A stretch of 64,000 bases of DNA from Octopus sinensis (GCF_006345805.1 NC_043008.1:34100001-34164000), one strand, 5' to 3'. Counted from the first letter of the stretch, positions 38,262-51,432 are shown. The notes: generated by a model from the letters alone, not told the origin. Translations and numbers: made by a program.

Positions 38262-39995
38262 TTTGTTATTTAGGCAGTTATATATTAATATAGGCATGTC
38301 TATTCATGCACACATACTTATGTGTATTTGTATGTGTAATTCACTTGAATAGTAGCTGAGAGCAGGAAGTTCTTTAAAGTAACAAACAGAATTTGAAAAT
38401 TCACTTCAAAAACAATCCTTAGTATTCTTTTTTTTTTTTCGTATAAGATTTGCAAATCTTCCCATAGATGTTCCTCTACAATATCTGTTTGATAATTTGT
38501 TTTTTTAGAGATTGTTTCTTACCACTAAAACAATGAAAATATGACAATGATGTTAGCCATAAACCAAGTTGATAAAATAAGTCAACTTCATTGACCCCAG
38601 TGATCAACTGGTACTTATTTCATCAACCCGAAAAGGAAGGAAGTGAAAGTTGACCTTGGCAGAATTTGAATTCAGAACATGGATATGGATGAAATGCTGC
38701 TAACCATTTTGCCTGATGTGCTATCAATTCTACCAGTTTGCCAACATATTGTTAATGTTAATATTAACATCATTCTTAAGATAATGCAAACAAACTCATA
38801 TTCATGCATAACCTTTTTTGGTAAGCAGAGCAGTTTCTTCCACATGTTTGTGAAGGTATACTCATCCAGTAATTCTGTGGCTGTATGGAAGACAAAATTT
38901 CTCAGGACATTCACAATAAGTCCATAAGATTTTTACCTCTTTTATAAAGAACTTGATTGATGTATTTATTTTTGCTGCAGTTTTTTAACAGATACTGTCT
39001 GAGTGAAACCATATGGATTCATTTTAAGCCTCTTGCTTTCTTGTCTGCAATATACATTTAAGAGCAGATTCTAACAACACACATACTCCTTCAAATGTAT
39101 TGATATGGAACATGGAACCAACACCAACTCTTTCCACATTATGTTTGAAATATCAGAGACAAGTTCAAAATATTCCAATGGCTAGAAGCATGCTAGATAT
39201 TGCATCCACTATATCATCCACCCTCACCCCTGCTCCAAAATAAAAAGATCAAAAATTTTTTCCAAGTCACAGGTTCAGAATGCCAGTTTCCTGAATTCTG
39301 GAACATGTCAGTTCTTTTCCTGGTTGCGACATTGGTCTGTTGCAGGATTACTCATTTTTACCAGCTGAGAGGAGTGGCGCAATGTGAAATGAAGTTTTAT
39401 GATTAATAGCATAACACATCACCTGGTCCAGGAATTGAAATCACATTCCTATGATCACGAGGGCAACACCCTACCATGAAGCTATACACTTCCCCTCTCT
39501 ATATATCAATATGGCACAAATGAATGTTATAATTATTGGAGAAATTTGACACCCTAACTCAAGAATCATGATCACTGTAGACAAGATTTAAAATTTGAAG
39601 CCACTGCAAGCACAGGGCAAAATGCTACAAAAATTTTACTTGCAAACCAGCTGCCATTGGTTTTGAAGTGTGGCCTCTTTTGACCGTCAGAAAATAGTAT
39701 AACACACAATCAGTATTTATCATCTCCTCTTTATCTACATCAGCATCAACAGAAGGCAGTGAATCTCAACACTTGACTATTATTACTAGATAATAAGCCA
39801 AGTACTAGTTACAATTTCATCTACCATCTGGTTTGCAGCATTCCAAAACAGTCATGAAATTCTGGCTCTTGAGTAGTAATCTACTTCATACGTGTATGAG
39901 TAACTGTTATATGCATGTTATTACTTCTGTAAGAGCATGTGCATGATTCAAAACCAGCTGAATTAGTGTTGGTGTGAGTGTGTGAGAGAGAGAGA

Positions 39996-40048
<53 letters not shown>

Positions 40049-40050
<2 letters not shown>

Positions 40051-40612
40051 TGCAACAGTGGCTGTATGGTAAGTAGCTTGCTTACTAACCACATAGTTTG
40101 CGGTTCAGTCCCACTGTGTGGCGCCTTTAGCAAGTGTCTTCTAATATAGCCTTGGGCTGACTAAAGCCTTGTGAGTGGATTAGGTAGGCAGAAACTGAAA
40201 GAAGCCCATTGGGTGTATATATATATATATATATATATATATCACCATCATCATCATCTTTTAACGTCGGCTTTCTATGCTAGCATGGGTTGGACGATTT
40301 GACTTAGGGCTGGCGAACCAGATGGCTGCACCAGGCTTCAATCTTGATCTGGGAGAGTTTCTACAGCTGGATGCTCTTCCTAACGCCAACCAGTGTGTAA
40401 ATGTTTGTGTGTGTGTGATTGTCCCCCCAACATCACTTGACAACCGATGCTGGTGTGTTTACATCCCTGTAACTTAGCGGTTCAGGAAAAGAGACCAATA
40501 GAATAAGTACTAGGCTTACAAAGAATAAGTCCTGGGGTTGATTTATTCAAGTAAAGGTGGTGCTCCAGCATAGCTGCAGTCAAATGACTGAAACAAGTAA
40601 AAGAATAATATA
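40049..40612 (+). mobile_element. CORE-like SINE with an antisense RTE-tail element nested in its central microsatellite (~40245-40400)
   Basis: Head 40049-40215, then (TA)n, then the reverse-oriented catcatc...ctacagctggatgctcttcctaacgccaacc, then the SINE tail to gaaacaagtaaaag. Confidence 0.85.
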
Positions 40613-40819
40613 TATATATATATGTATATAGTTATGATATATTCTGTTAAGAATGTTATAGAGTACAGTATAAAGCTCATCAACCTTCAGATTTACCCTG
40701 TGCTATCCTGGTTTGCATTTGTGCATCTGTTATGTGTGAAAAGATAATTGAAAAAATTGGAGTCAACAAGAAGGAATACGGTTGGACATTTATTTTTATT
40801 CAAAGTACCTTGGATTTCA

Positions 40820-41180
40820 GAACAACATGCTGTGCTTGAGGAGACCTATTGAGTCAAGTACATGAATATGAACATCGAAATAAATATCAATGGAAATAGT
40901 AGTTGTGATACCTGTGCCGGTGGCACATAAAAAGCACCATCCTTGACTGGCTTCTGTGCCGGTGGCATGTAAAAAGCACCATCCGAATGTGGCCGATGCC
41001 AGCGCCACCTTGACTGGCTTCCGTGCCGGTGGTACGTTAAAAGCACCAACCGATTGTAGCTGCTGCCAGACTCCCCTGGTACCTGTGCCGGTGGCACGTA
41101 AAAAGCACCCACTACACTCACGGAGTAGTTGGTGTTAGGAAGGGCATCCAGCTGTAGAAACACTGCCAGATCAGACTGGA
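40820..41180 (+). mobile_element. RTE 3' UTR-derived element with four GTGCCGGTGGCACGTAAAAAGCACC-like repeats
   Basis: Repeats at ~40914, 40955, 41021 and 41083, followed by aggaagggcatccagctgtagaaa. Confidence 0.85.
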
Positions 41181-41330
41181 AGTGAAGATTCCTGCTCTCC
41201 CCTTCCACCCACGTGGGTTGCACATTTTGAATTTGTTAGTGCTGGTAGTCTGAACGGGTCATCTGAGGTGATAAGTCGCCAAAGGGTATGTTCTTTCTTT
41301 TTAGTGCTTCCAAATCCAAAATAAGAAATG

Positions 41331-41391
41331 TTGAGCTGACGAAAGAAATGGTGAGTTTATTTGGCTAATCTAGAAACGTTAACGTTCTCAA
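41331..41391 (+). ncRNA. Type I hammerhead-like motif (stem II imperfect)
   Basis: Stem I TTGAG/CTCAA, core CTGACGA, GAAA, stem III ACG-TTAA-CGT and a GTT triplet; stem II has only aga/tct and lacks the G10.1-C11.1 pair. Confidence 0.45.
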
Positions 41392-41639
41392 ATAATCTTT
41401 GTACTTGTGATATTTTTCTGTTTTTACCTCCATTCCTTCGTGAGTTATTTTGAGTAAACATTATCTGAGAGAAATTTTCTTTAAGTAGTGGAAATGGCTA
41501 AAAATTTTTTTGGCTGCTATTTCTAGAAAGTTCAGTATGTGGCAAAGTAATTTATTTTACTAAGCCCTAATTATATAATGTAATATTTTGTATATATATA
41601 TATATATATATATATCCATGTGTGCATGTGTCAGGTTGT

Positions 41640-41915
41640 ATTACAAAATGTGACCTCGTGTGTACCGTTGGCAATTTTTTTTCCTCTGTCTTCCCTTCTC
41701 TGGATCTTTCCATGTGACCTCATGTGTACCACTGGCGATTTTTTTCCTCTGTTTTCCCTTCTCTGGATCTTTCCTTCTCCTATGTTTCCGACGAAGAGCT
41801 CTGCTCGAAACGTTAAACCCTCCTTCTTTCCTTCTTTCCTGAGCGTCCAATAATACTATATTTGTTCCACGTCCTCGCGTTGTTGTGTTTTTTTGTGCTT
41901 TCTTGTTTGGATTAA
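41640..41915 (+). mobile_element. Solo Penelope-like pseudo-LTR within a (TA)n tract
   Basis: Pyrimidine-rich sequence with an internal ~62-bp tandem duplication and a PLE-type hammerhead; (TA)n on both sides. Confidence 0.7.
41784..41818 (+). ncRNA. Minimal type I hammerhead ribozyme motif of PLE type
   Basis: GTTT-CCGACGA-A-GAGC(TCT)GCTC-GAAA-C-GTT-AAAC: stem I GTTT/AAAC, 4-bp stem II, loopless palindromic stem III (ACGT), and a U4-to-C core variant. Confidence 0.7.
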
Positions 41916-41916
41916 C

Positions 41917-41960
<44 letters not shown>

Positions 41961-42568
41961 TATATCATCATCATCATCATCATCATCGTTTAACGTCCAT
42001 TTTCCATGCCAGCATGGGTTGGACAGTTCGACCGAGGTCTGGGAAACCAGGAGGCTGAACCAAGCTCCATTCTGATCTGGCAGTGTTTCTACAGCTGGAT
42101 GCCCTTCCTAATGCCAACCACTCCGTGAGTGCAGCAGATATATATATATATATATATATTGCATCATTTATTCTCCCTCTCACTCCTCTCTCTCTATATA
42201 TACATATATACATTTTTGGGGGATTTGGATTTAGATTAGAGAATTGTGGAGCAACTAAATGACCATTTGAGACAATATGACAACAAAAAACAGCCCTCCA
42301 TACTCAACCAACATGCCAAGGACCAACATGCCAAGGACCAACATGGAGGTAATCAGGGTCAACTTGACATCCGCATCTTTTCCAAGCACCCAAAGGGCTC
42401 AAGACTCAGACAAACACAGGAGTACATCCTCATAAATGAAACTTCCCCAATACTAAATAGGAAATATACATAGTAGACATCATACCCCCATACCTACAGT
42501 TTACACAAGTAGAGTAGAATAGTTAGTGGGCTGTTATGTAGATAGGTATATGTATGTGTGGGTGTATA

Positions 42569-42602
<34 letters not shown>

Positions 42603-42607
<5 letters not shown>

Positions 42608-42910
42608 CGTGATCACCGTGACCAACCAGGCTATCAGATGTTGCTACACATCGCTGGTCACAATGACGTCACATTGTTTCAGCCTTCAATTGATGCCACC
42701 CCGCTGGCTAAGCGAGCAGGCCAATAGAAGAAAGAGTGAGAAAGTTGTGACGAAAGAGTACAGCAGGGATCTCCACTACTCCCTGCCGGAGCCGCGTGGA
42801 GCTTTAGGTGTTTTCGCTCAATAAACGCTCACAACGCCCGGTCTGGGAATCGAAACCGCGATCCTACGACCACGAGTCCACTGCCCTAACCACATGCCAT
42901 TGCGCCTCCA
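42603..42910 (-). mobile_element. tRNA-derived SINE (GGAGGCGCAATGG head) with a GGTCACGGTGAT tail
   Basis: The reverse complement has tRNA-like A/B boxes (gtggttagggcag; ggtttcgattccc) and the body acacctaaagctccacgcggctccggcag shared with 59190-59493. Confidence 0.9.
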
Positions 42911-42931
42911 TATATATATATGTTTGCATCA

Positions 42932-42969
<38 letters not shown>

Positions 42970-42985
42970 GAGATAGAGAAGGGGG

Positions 42986-43039
<54 letters not shown>

Positions 43040-43107
43040 ATGATGCAAACAAATATGCTTGGGTTTAGACATATCATCATCCTCCTCCTCCTCCTCCTCT
43101 CCTCCTC

Positions 43108-43173
<66 letters not shown>

Positions 43174-43379
43174 CCACCACCACCATTGTTTAATGTTCAT
43201 CTTCTATGAATGGACAGGTAGGACAGTTGACAGGAACCAGCCAAGTAAAAAAAAACTTTCCCAGGCTACTGTGTCTGTTTTGGCAGGGATTCTATGGTTG
43301 GATGCCCTTCCTAACACCAACCACTCCACAGACAGGACTTAGTTCACATGCGAGGTTAGTTATGGCATTACTTTTATGA

Positions 43380-43600
43380 TTGAAAGGTGGCAAGCTGGCA
43401 GAAATGTTAGCATGCCGAGCGAAATGCTTAGCAGTATTTCGTCTGTCTTTACGTTCCAAGTTAAAATTCTGATGAGGTCGACTTTGCCTTTCATCTTTTC
43501 GGGGTTGATAGATTAAATACCAGTTGTGTACTGGGTTTGATTTAATTGACTGTCCCCCACCTTCCCAAAAATTTTGGGCCTTGTGCCTAGAGTAGAAATG
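43380..43600 (+). mobile_element. tRNA-derived SINE (GAGCTGGCAGAA family)
   Basis: ggcaagctggcagaaatgttagc...aaaattttgggccttgtgcctagagtagaa. Confidence 0.9.
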
Positions 43601-44154
43601 GTTTTTATAGTTGGACACCAACCACTTATAGTGTGGACTGGATGCTTTTAATGTGGCACCAGCACTGGCAGGGTAACCAAGTAACTTGCAAGACAAAGAA
43701 TTATGAGAAGGGCAGGGCATTTGAGGGTATTAGAGGATAAAAAAAGTTAGAGTGTGACAAAGAGACAGAGAGACAGAAGCCGATGTCTTGCCACAACAGA
43801 GGGGGGCATTAGAGGAGGTGATCCAGTATCAAATGATGAAAGGTTAGTGTGTGACAAAGAAATAGAGACCTTGTGTCAAAATCTGAAACCAATATGGTCA
43901 TAAGTTATAAAGAAGGGCTCCTTTTTTTTTATCATCAAGCAACTTTGACTGCCTTTCAACCTTAAATTGAGCTCAGACTTTAGCATCGTAACAAAGTTCA
44001 TGTTGAACCTGAGTTGGTGGCTCTTCTACTTCAGATCAGTTATTCAAAGGCAAACCAATTTTTATGTACATCCTCTGCATCTGTTACCAAAACTGTATTC
44101 TCTGCAGCAACGAGAATCTTGCTAAAGATATTGTAATGTATAACATACATTACA

Positions 44155-44570
44155 GGTGCAGGAGTGGCTGTGTGGTAAGTAGCTTGTTTATCAGCCACAT
44201 GGTTCCGGGTTCAGTCCCACTGCGTGGCACCTTGGGCAAGTGTCTTCTACTATAGCATCAGGCCGACCAAAGCCTTGTGAGTGGATTTGGTAGATGGAAA
44301 CTGAAAGAAGCCCGTCGTATATATGTACATATATATATATATATGCGTGTGTGTGTTTGTGTGTCTGTGTCTGTCCCCCTAGCATTGCTTGACAACCGAT
44401 ACTGGTGTGTTTATGTCCCCGTTACTTAGCAGTTCGGCAAAAGAGACCGATAGAATAAGTACTGGGCTTACAAAAGAATAAGTCCTGGGGTCGAGTTGCT
44501 CAATTAAAGGTGGTGCTCCAGCATGGCCGTAGTCAAATGACTGAAACAAATAAAAGAGAGTAAAAAGAAT
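44155..44570 (+). mobile_element. Full-length CORE-like tRNA SINE
   Basis: gtggctgtgtggtaag (A box), gggttcagtccc (B box), gcaccttgggcaagtg (MIR/CORE-like), central (TA)(TG)n, and a 3' tail ending aaagagagtaaaaag. Confidence 0.9.
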
Positions 44571-45139
44571 ATACTCAGGATTATGATGCTGGACGTGATG
44601 CTTTATGATCTTCAGACAGGAGTCTTCTAAGTTTTCATTGGGATATGACAATCCACATGTTTTCAATAAACTTGAAGGAGGCTTTGTAGTATTTGATGGT
44701 GATTACATATCAGCTGTTTCAATCATTGTCGCTTCCCACTAACCATTATTTTGTAACAGGATTCACATGAAAGATCCTTTTCAGTATGTAACATAGACAT
44801 GATCGTATACTGTTTAAAGCTGGTGAAATTATTTTGTTCTCTAGACTTCATGTAAGAGTACCCTTAAGTATAAAAAAAACATTTCTGCTGAATGGAGGGA
44901 GCAGGATAGACACTAATCTGTTGGCAGTCTTCAGTGGGAACACTTTTGAGTATTTTCTTGTTCTAGGAAAACCATTTTCCCTTTCTTGATCATTTTGCTC
45001 TGTTTTTGGTGTAAAGAGAAGGAACTTAAAAACAAGAGCAATGCTGGAAATGTTGTAATTCTAAGAATTAATGTTTGTTACAGTGACTGTAATACAGTAA
45101 TGATATATTCATGCACATGACTGACTCATACAAACACAG

Positions 45140-45415
45140 ATTATACATACATACATACATACAAGCATCTATCCATACATACATACATACATACATACAT
45201 ACATACATACATACATACATACTACATACATACATACATACATACATACATACATACATACATACATACATACATACATCATACATACATACATACATAC
45301 ATACAACATACATACATACATACATACATCCATACATACATACATACATACATACATACATACATACATACATACATACATACATACATCATACATACAT
45401 ACATACATACATACA
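45140..45415. repeat. (CATA)n microsatellite
   Basis: Directly visible. Confidence 0.98.
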
Positions 45416-45518
45416 GATATATATGGTCAGCAGATGTGATCCAGAGATGCGCAATGTAGAAAACACAGAGTAATGCTCAAATGATTTGAACACACTTTAA
45501 AATCTTTATTGAGGACTA

Positions 45519-46810
45519 TGAGGGCTAGGTGAAAAATTCATAAGCTGACCAAGATATTCTTGTAGAAAGTGACCAAATGAAGTTCATTTTTCACCTGAGA
45601 CTCCCTTGCAGTCTACCATATTTCTACCATTGGTGTTGCTGTGCTTGGATCCCATTCATGAAGAAGATTTCATTCTGTTGGTCAAAAAAGTCATCAAGAG
45701 CTAATATGACATCGTCATCACTTCAATACTGAATCCTAACGAAATAATGTGTTGTTTTTTTTATTTTGGAGGACAGATGATAGTCAGGTGGGGCAAAATC
45801 AGGAGAATATGATGCAACTAGTTCAAAGCCACAGTTACACACAGCAGTCATCGAAAGCAAGGATGTGTGTGCTGTAGCATTGTCTCAATGAAACAAGAGC
45901 TTTCATAAATTTTCATGGGCATTTGGTCTTGATAGCCTTTCGAAACTATCTCAGCAAGTTGACATAGTACTCTCCATTGATGGTGTGACCCTTTTGAAGA
46001 TAGTTAAAAAACACAATTCCTTTTGCATCCCAAAAAACTGAGGCCATTACCTTCTCTGCAGATGAAATGACCTTGGATCTTTTGGAGTAAGTGAGGAGGG
46101 GCGTTTCTACAGCATGGATTGTCTTGTCTTTGGCTCAAAGTGATGAAGCCAACACTCATCTTAAGTTAGCAAATGTTCAAGGAAACCCAGCTGGATCTGC
46201 CTGAAATAATGTCAGATTTTCCTGTGATGTGATCAACCTGGTGTGCTTTTGATTAGGTGTCAGAAGATATAGTACCCATTCAACAGAAACCTTTGTCATG
46301 CCAAGTTCATCATGTAGAATGTTCCCAACTTGCTCACGGAATCTGCTGACAGCATTGGCCATTTGATGTTTTGTCAATCACCTGTTATCCATCAACATAT
46401 AGTGAATACAACTATATTTTCCTTAGTGGTGACAGTTGCAGGAAGTCCAGACCTTGAGATATCTTCAAGACTCCCCATTCCACTCCTAAATTCAGCTGCT
46501 TCGGTGTTGCACTGTTGATAAATCTGGAGCAACATCTCCTAGTGTTGTAGCAATGTCAGCATGAATGTCTTTGCAGACAAAGTCCTTTTTTTGGCGGAGA
46601 CTTGATAACACCACGATGCCAAATTTTGTCAATTTTCAAGAGAAGTCGCTACTAGTTACTTTTGAAGTCTCCTTTGAACAGTTAGATGTTAGTTTATCTG
46701 GAAAGGAACAATGCTTGTATTAATAAGGAGTGTTAAAATTAATGCATGCAATATTCCACAGTTCTAGCATCCCTCCATCGTTAGCCTATGAGCCTTTCAT
46801 CTCACCCTTG
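45519..46810 (-). mobile_element. Full-length (~1.29 kb) mariner relic
   Basis: TA-flanked TIRs tgagggctaggtgaaaaattcata.gct / gcctatgagcctttcatctcacccttg. The transposase fragment ILHDELGMTKVSVEWV..LLTPNQKHTRL..SQENL.LFQADP is mariner-like. Confidence 0.85.
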
Positions 46811-46928
46811 TATGTATATATATGTGTGTGTGTGTGTGCATGTGTGTGTATGTGTGTGTATGTGTGTGTATTTGAAAAGAACACACACACACACACACAC
46901 ACATCCATCCATCCATCCAGACAGACAG

Positions 46929-47077
46929 ACAGATATATATGGTCAGCAGATGTGACCCAGAGATGCTCAATACAGAAAACACAGAGTAATGCTCAAATGA
47001 TTTGAACACACTTTAAAATCTTTATTAAGGACTATGAGGGCTAGGTGAAAAATTCATAGGCTGACCAAGATATTCTT
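46929..47077 (+). repeat. Direct repeat of 45413-45561 (flank plus first ~43 bp of the mariner)
   Basis: acagatatatatggtcagcagatgtga...gctgaccaagatattctt is near-identical in both copies. Confidence 0.93.
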
Positions 47078-47517
47078 TTTGGTTTGAACGGCAGTTTTTT
47101 CTAGCGGTGTCATATGAAATTGTTACCCATAATTTTGACCCTAGTATCGATCTATTGCATTTCAATCTGTTTTAGGGTTAGGGTTAGTTAGGGTTAGGGT
47201 TAGGGTTAGGGTTAGGGGTGGGGGGAAGGGTAACTTTTTTTCTACACAAATGTAAATAAACCCAATCTGTTTCTTAAACGAGGGACATATTCATACGGCA
47301 CAGAATGCTTTTTGCCTCAATAGAAATCATTGATTGGTTGAAATTTCAGAAATTGAAGAAAAAAAACCAACAAACCTCTTACAAACTATAGAATTTTCTC
47401 AATAAAGCCAAGAGAAAAAGATGTTTTATAAACACATTCTACCAGTATATGAAGTTTAAAATGTTTTAGTTACCTGGAAATTATGTTAAAAACTGCTGTT
47501 CAAACCGAAAAAATCCG
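47075..47517. mobile_element. MITE with internal (TTAGGG)n, same TIR family as 16312-17077
   Basis: TIRs tttttggtttgaacggcagttttt / aaaaactgctgttcaaaccgaaaaaatcc; TTAGGG array at ~47172-47217; right arm shared with 16900-17077. Confidence 0.85.
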
Positions 47518-47849
47518 CACCCTCTAAAGAATAGAGCAATGATATATTTACATGCAGTTAAATATATGTCCATTCATAGAGTGACCAATGGTCTCGCATT
47601 CATAAAGTGCCAAGTTTTATAAACGACTTGTCAGACTATAATGGCAGAGGGCATATAACCTCTCTTCAAGCTGGGGGTTGAAATCCGTTACGGTCAGTTA
47701 ATTTGTAAACAAGGAATGAAATACCGTTTGAGGCTTAGGCAGAACGAGATATCTCCCTTAGACCAGTTCGGTTGGCAAATCTTATGGACTTAAGTGGCGA
47801 ACAGGGCATCTCCACCCTTAGGCTGCTTCCAGTCTGTGATGACATTTTT

Positions 47850-48500
47850 CAGTTCTAACTGACAAACAGGGAATCCCATGCCTGTACCAGATAGCTTTTG
47901 GAATGGGTGCAGGGGCCATTAATCTCATGCCTAGAATCTAATATACATTTTGGATCTACGGAGTCTTTAAGGATCCTTGCTTGCTCTGTTATGCAAAACT
48001 TGCGATGTTTGCTCCCGTTTATGTAGGGTCCCGGCTGCTCTATGATCCGCCCCATACAAAATCAAATCGAGGATCATAGGGCACACCTTTACCCAATCAC
48101 AACAGAATTGGTCGAACATAGAGAGGAAGACTTGTGCAGTAGTATGGAGTGTGGGTAGGCTGCTGCATTTTCTTTTAGGCACTGTTTATAAACTGTACGA
48201 CAAGAATCCTCTTGTTTAAAGCCTATGTAACTTATCTCAACAAGTCTCTAAAGTTTTTGTCTGGGAGTCTTATATAACAGTTAGTCTGTCTGTTTTAGGA
48301 TTGTATGGCAAGTTGTCAGGAAAATGGTACTTCCTGAAGAGCTCATGGCCGACATGTAAGCTATTGTTTTCTTCCCTTTCCAGTACAAGTTTTATATTTT
48401 TGTTTGAGAGGTGGTGTCAGAGTGAAACTAGATGACATTCGAAGGCTGTCTGCGCTGATCTCAATCTGCTGCCTACGAAGAAATGATTTCCATTTATAGA
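47850..48500 (-). mobile_element. Possible highly degenerate Penelope-like RT fragment
   Basis: The reverse strand gives QNIKLVLEREENNSL, resembling PLE NIKFTxExExNNSLPFLD; the rest has many stops. Confidence 0.3.
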
Positions 48501-48615
48501 CCAGTCAAGTATCCAAAATGTTAGTACTATTACTGTAAGTTTTAGGTCTTGTAATAAAAGGAGAGTTCCGACTGCCACGTTGTGTATATATGAATACATA
48601 TACATGCACTCACAG

Positions 48616-48668
<53 letters not shown>

Positions 48669-49514
48669 CGTGTATATTTCGCTGATGATTATCAGTTAAA
48701 ACAGCTGGTACTCGTCAACAGTGCTTTTATATTTGTTTGGCGCCATGTTACACAATTCCTTGGTTGCTCTCACCATCAGGATGTGAGGGAATCTGGGATT
48801 GGACAGTTGGACTGAAATATAAAACAATGAAATCATCATGTTAATAGCCACTCGTGCAGTTCACATGGCACTCCTTAATTTGTTCAAAAGGCGATGAAGT
48901 TACCAGCAAACATATTCAAAATATTATTCAGATAAATTTAAGTAGTCTGAATTAAAACAACGCCTATTTAAACACTCCAATTAGAAACTGACGAATATTA
49001 GACTTGTTAGTTTAAACAGAGATTTTCCAACTTCACCTCTCACTTATTTTACTTGTGTCTTTTTTAGACAACCTTCAATAATTCATGCATTAAAATAGTT
49101 TCTTTAATTATAAAAAAAAATTTTTTAGAAAAAGTAAAAACAACAACTCATTAGCATTTCCTGTTTCAGATTTTTGTCTTTTGTATAGAAATATATTTCG
49201 TTTGACATTTGAAGTCAATAATCATATTTATTTGCACTTGAAAATAGTAACCATTTTACTTTGAAACTGAAAACAAATGGTGTTGTTTAGTTTCACACTT
49301 AACATACATACCCATCAATTTATCATACTTAATGTATATATAACGTTGACAGGCCAGTTACTGCAGTTTTTATACAAGAAATAAATCTCTTATGGACGTT
49401 TATGCAGTTTAGAAACATTATATCAGAGGGAGACAAAAATTTGTTCCGAGAAGTTCAAACAGCATCCAGAGTTTTCACGAGCCGCTGCCGGAACGACTTT
49501 TCCTCTCCCGTTGA

Positions 49515-49565
49515 CAAACATACATACATACATACATACATGCATGCATACATACACACACACAC

Positions 49566-49604
<39 letters not shown>

Positions 49605-49652
49605 AACACACATAATACATACATACATACATACATACATACATACATACAT

Positions 49653-49713
<61 letters not shown>

Positions 49714-49776
49714 TACATACATACATACATACATACATACATACGTACACACATACATACTTACATACATACATAC
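49515..49776. repeat. (CATA)n/(CA)n microsatellite
   Basis: Directly visible. Confidence 0.97.
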
Positions 49777-51432
49777 TTTACGCTACCTAATTCATTTAAT
49801 TCATCTCTTCCACGATTTTCTCACTCCGCACTAAACAACATAAACTCCACTCACTCCTTCATTCCGTCACACCCAATACCTCTTGCATCTAACGAAGAGG
49901 ACTGCTTCACCGACCTGGGCCGCCGACCACTGGACGTCAGCTCCTGGCCAGTTCCAAACGGTCGATCATTTTGCGGGCATCTGCCAACATGTTGTGAACC
50001 GGTTTAACTTTCGCATATGTCCCCAACATCTGAACATCTCCCCGGTTGAACACTCGGCCCTTCAATGTCTCCGACGCCGCAAAGACATCATAAAACCGGC
50101 CGACAAGGGTGGAGCCAAGGTGGTGTGGTGCGTAGACCTCTACAAGGCTGAAGCTCTGCGCCAACTTCAAGACACCTCCTTCTATTGACCTCTGTCCTCT
50201 AACCCCACCCCTAGCTACTAACAGACTGTGTCTTTCACTACCCATAACCTCATTTCCTCCTCTCGCCTCCGTACCACAGCTTCCAAAATTCAATGTCCAC
50301 ACTCCTCGAGCCCCCACCGAACCCCCACCATCTACTACCTTCCCAAAATCCACAAGTCCAACAACCCTGGCCGCCCCAAGGTCTCCGCCTGTAACAGCCC
50401 CATGGAACTGATCTCGAAATACCTCGACCGTGTCCTTTCCCCCTTAGTGGCTTCTCTCCCTTCACACATCCACTACATTAACCATGTTCTTCGTCTTTTC
50501 AACTCTTTCTCCTTCCCTCCTCGCACCTCTAAACTTCTCTTCACTCTTGATATCCAGAGCCTTTACACAGTGATCCCATACAACGAAGGACTTCTTGCAC
50601 TCAACCACTTCCTAGACCTTCGACCCAATCCCCAGCCTGACACGTCCACACTTCTTCGTCTGGTTGAACTTGTTCTCTCCCTCAACTGCTTCTCGTTTGC
50701 GGGGGAGTTTTACCAACAAATCTCAGGAGTGGCCATGGGAACGAGAATGGGCCCCAACTATGCAAACCTGTTCGTTGGCTACGTGAGGCCCAAATATTTT
50801 CAAGTTTCACTGGTCCCACTCCCGAACTATACGGTCGTTATATTGATGACTGTATCGGTGCGACCTCGCTCTCCCAACGAACAACTAGACTGCTTCCTCT
50901 ATTGTGTCCGATCTTTCCATCCAGCCCTTGAATTCTCCTGCACCATTTCCAACACTTCCGTCGCCTTTCTCGACATTTCGGTCAACATACACAATTCCGT
51001 TCTCACTACCTCCATCCACTACAAACACACCGACTCGCAGTCATACCTCAGCTTCTCCTCCTCCCACCTTATCCACACAACAAGCTCTCCATTCCCTATT
51101 CCTCCGTCTGCGCAGGCTCTGCAGTGACAAACATGACTTTGAGACTCATGGCTCAACTCATGACTCGCCACTTCATCCTTCATGGATATCTCCTCACCAC
51201 TATCCACACCGCCCTGACAGAGCATGTTCTGTGGACCGTGCCTCTGCTCTCTCTCTCTCCTCGCACCCGCCCTGTCGTTGTCCGTCTCTTGTTTCCTCTT
51301 ATCTACCACCCCTCCACCCATCCCCTCCAACGCACCATTCTCCGAGCCTTCCGGCGACTCTAGTTCGACCCCTCCACTTCGCACATCTTCCCCAACCTAC
51401 CCCACCTTTCTTCAAACGAGCCCACAACTTTT
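49777..51432 (+). mobile_element. Penelope-like element (Neptune-like) RT region, frameshifted, truncated before the GIY-YIG domain
   Basis: IIKPADKGGAKVVW; PTIYYLPKIHKSNNPGRP; LFTLDIQSLYTVIP; FYQQISGVAMGTRMGPNYANLFVGY; RYIDD in a shifted frame; FLDISV...IHYKHTDS. Confidence 0.92.

Noticed and set aside
38800-39150. Possible host exon on the minus strand (…FTNMWKKLLCLP)
   Set aside because: It has many stops and weakly resembles the RTE RIGWxKFxELLP region, so it is probably RTE debris; too weak to list as a feature.
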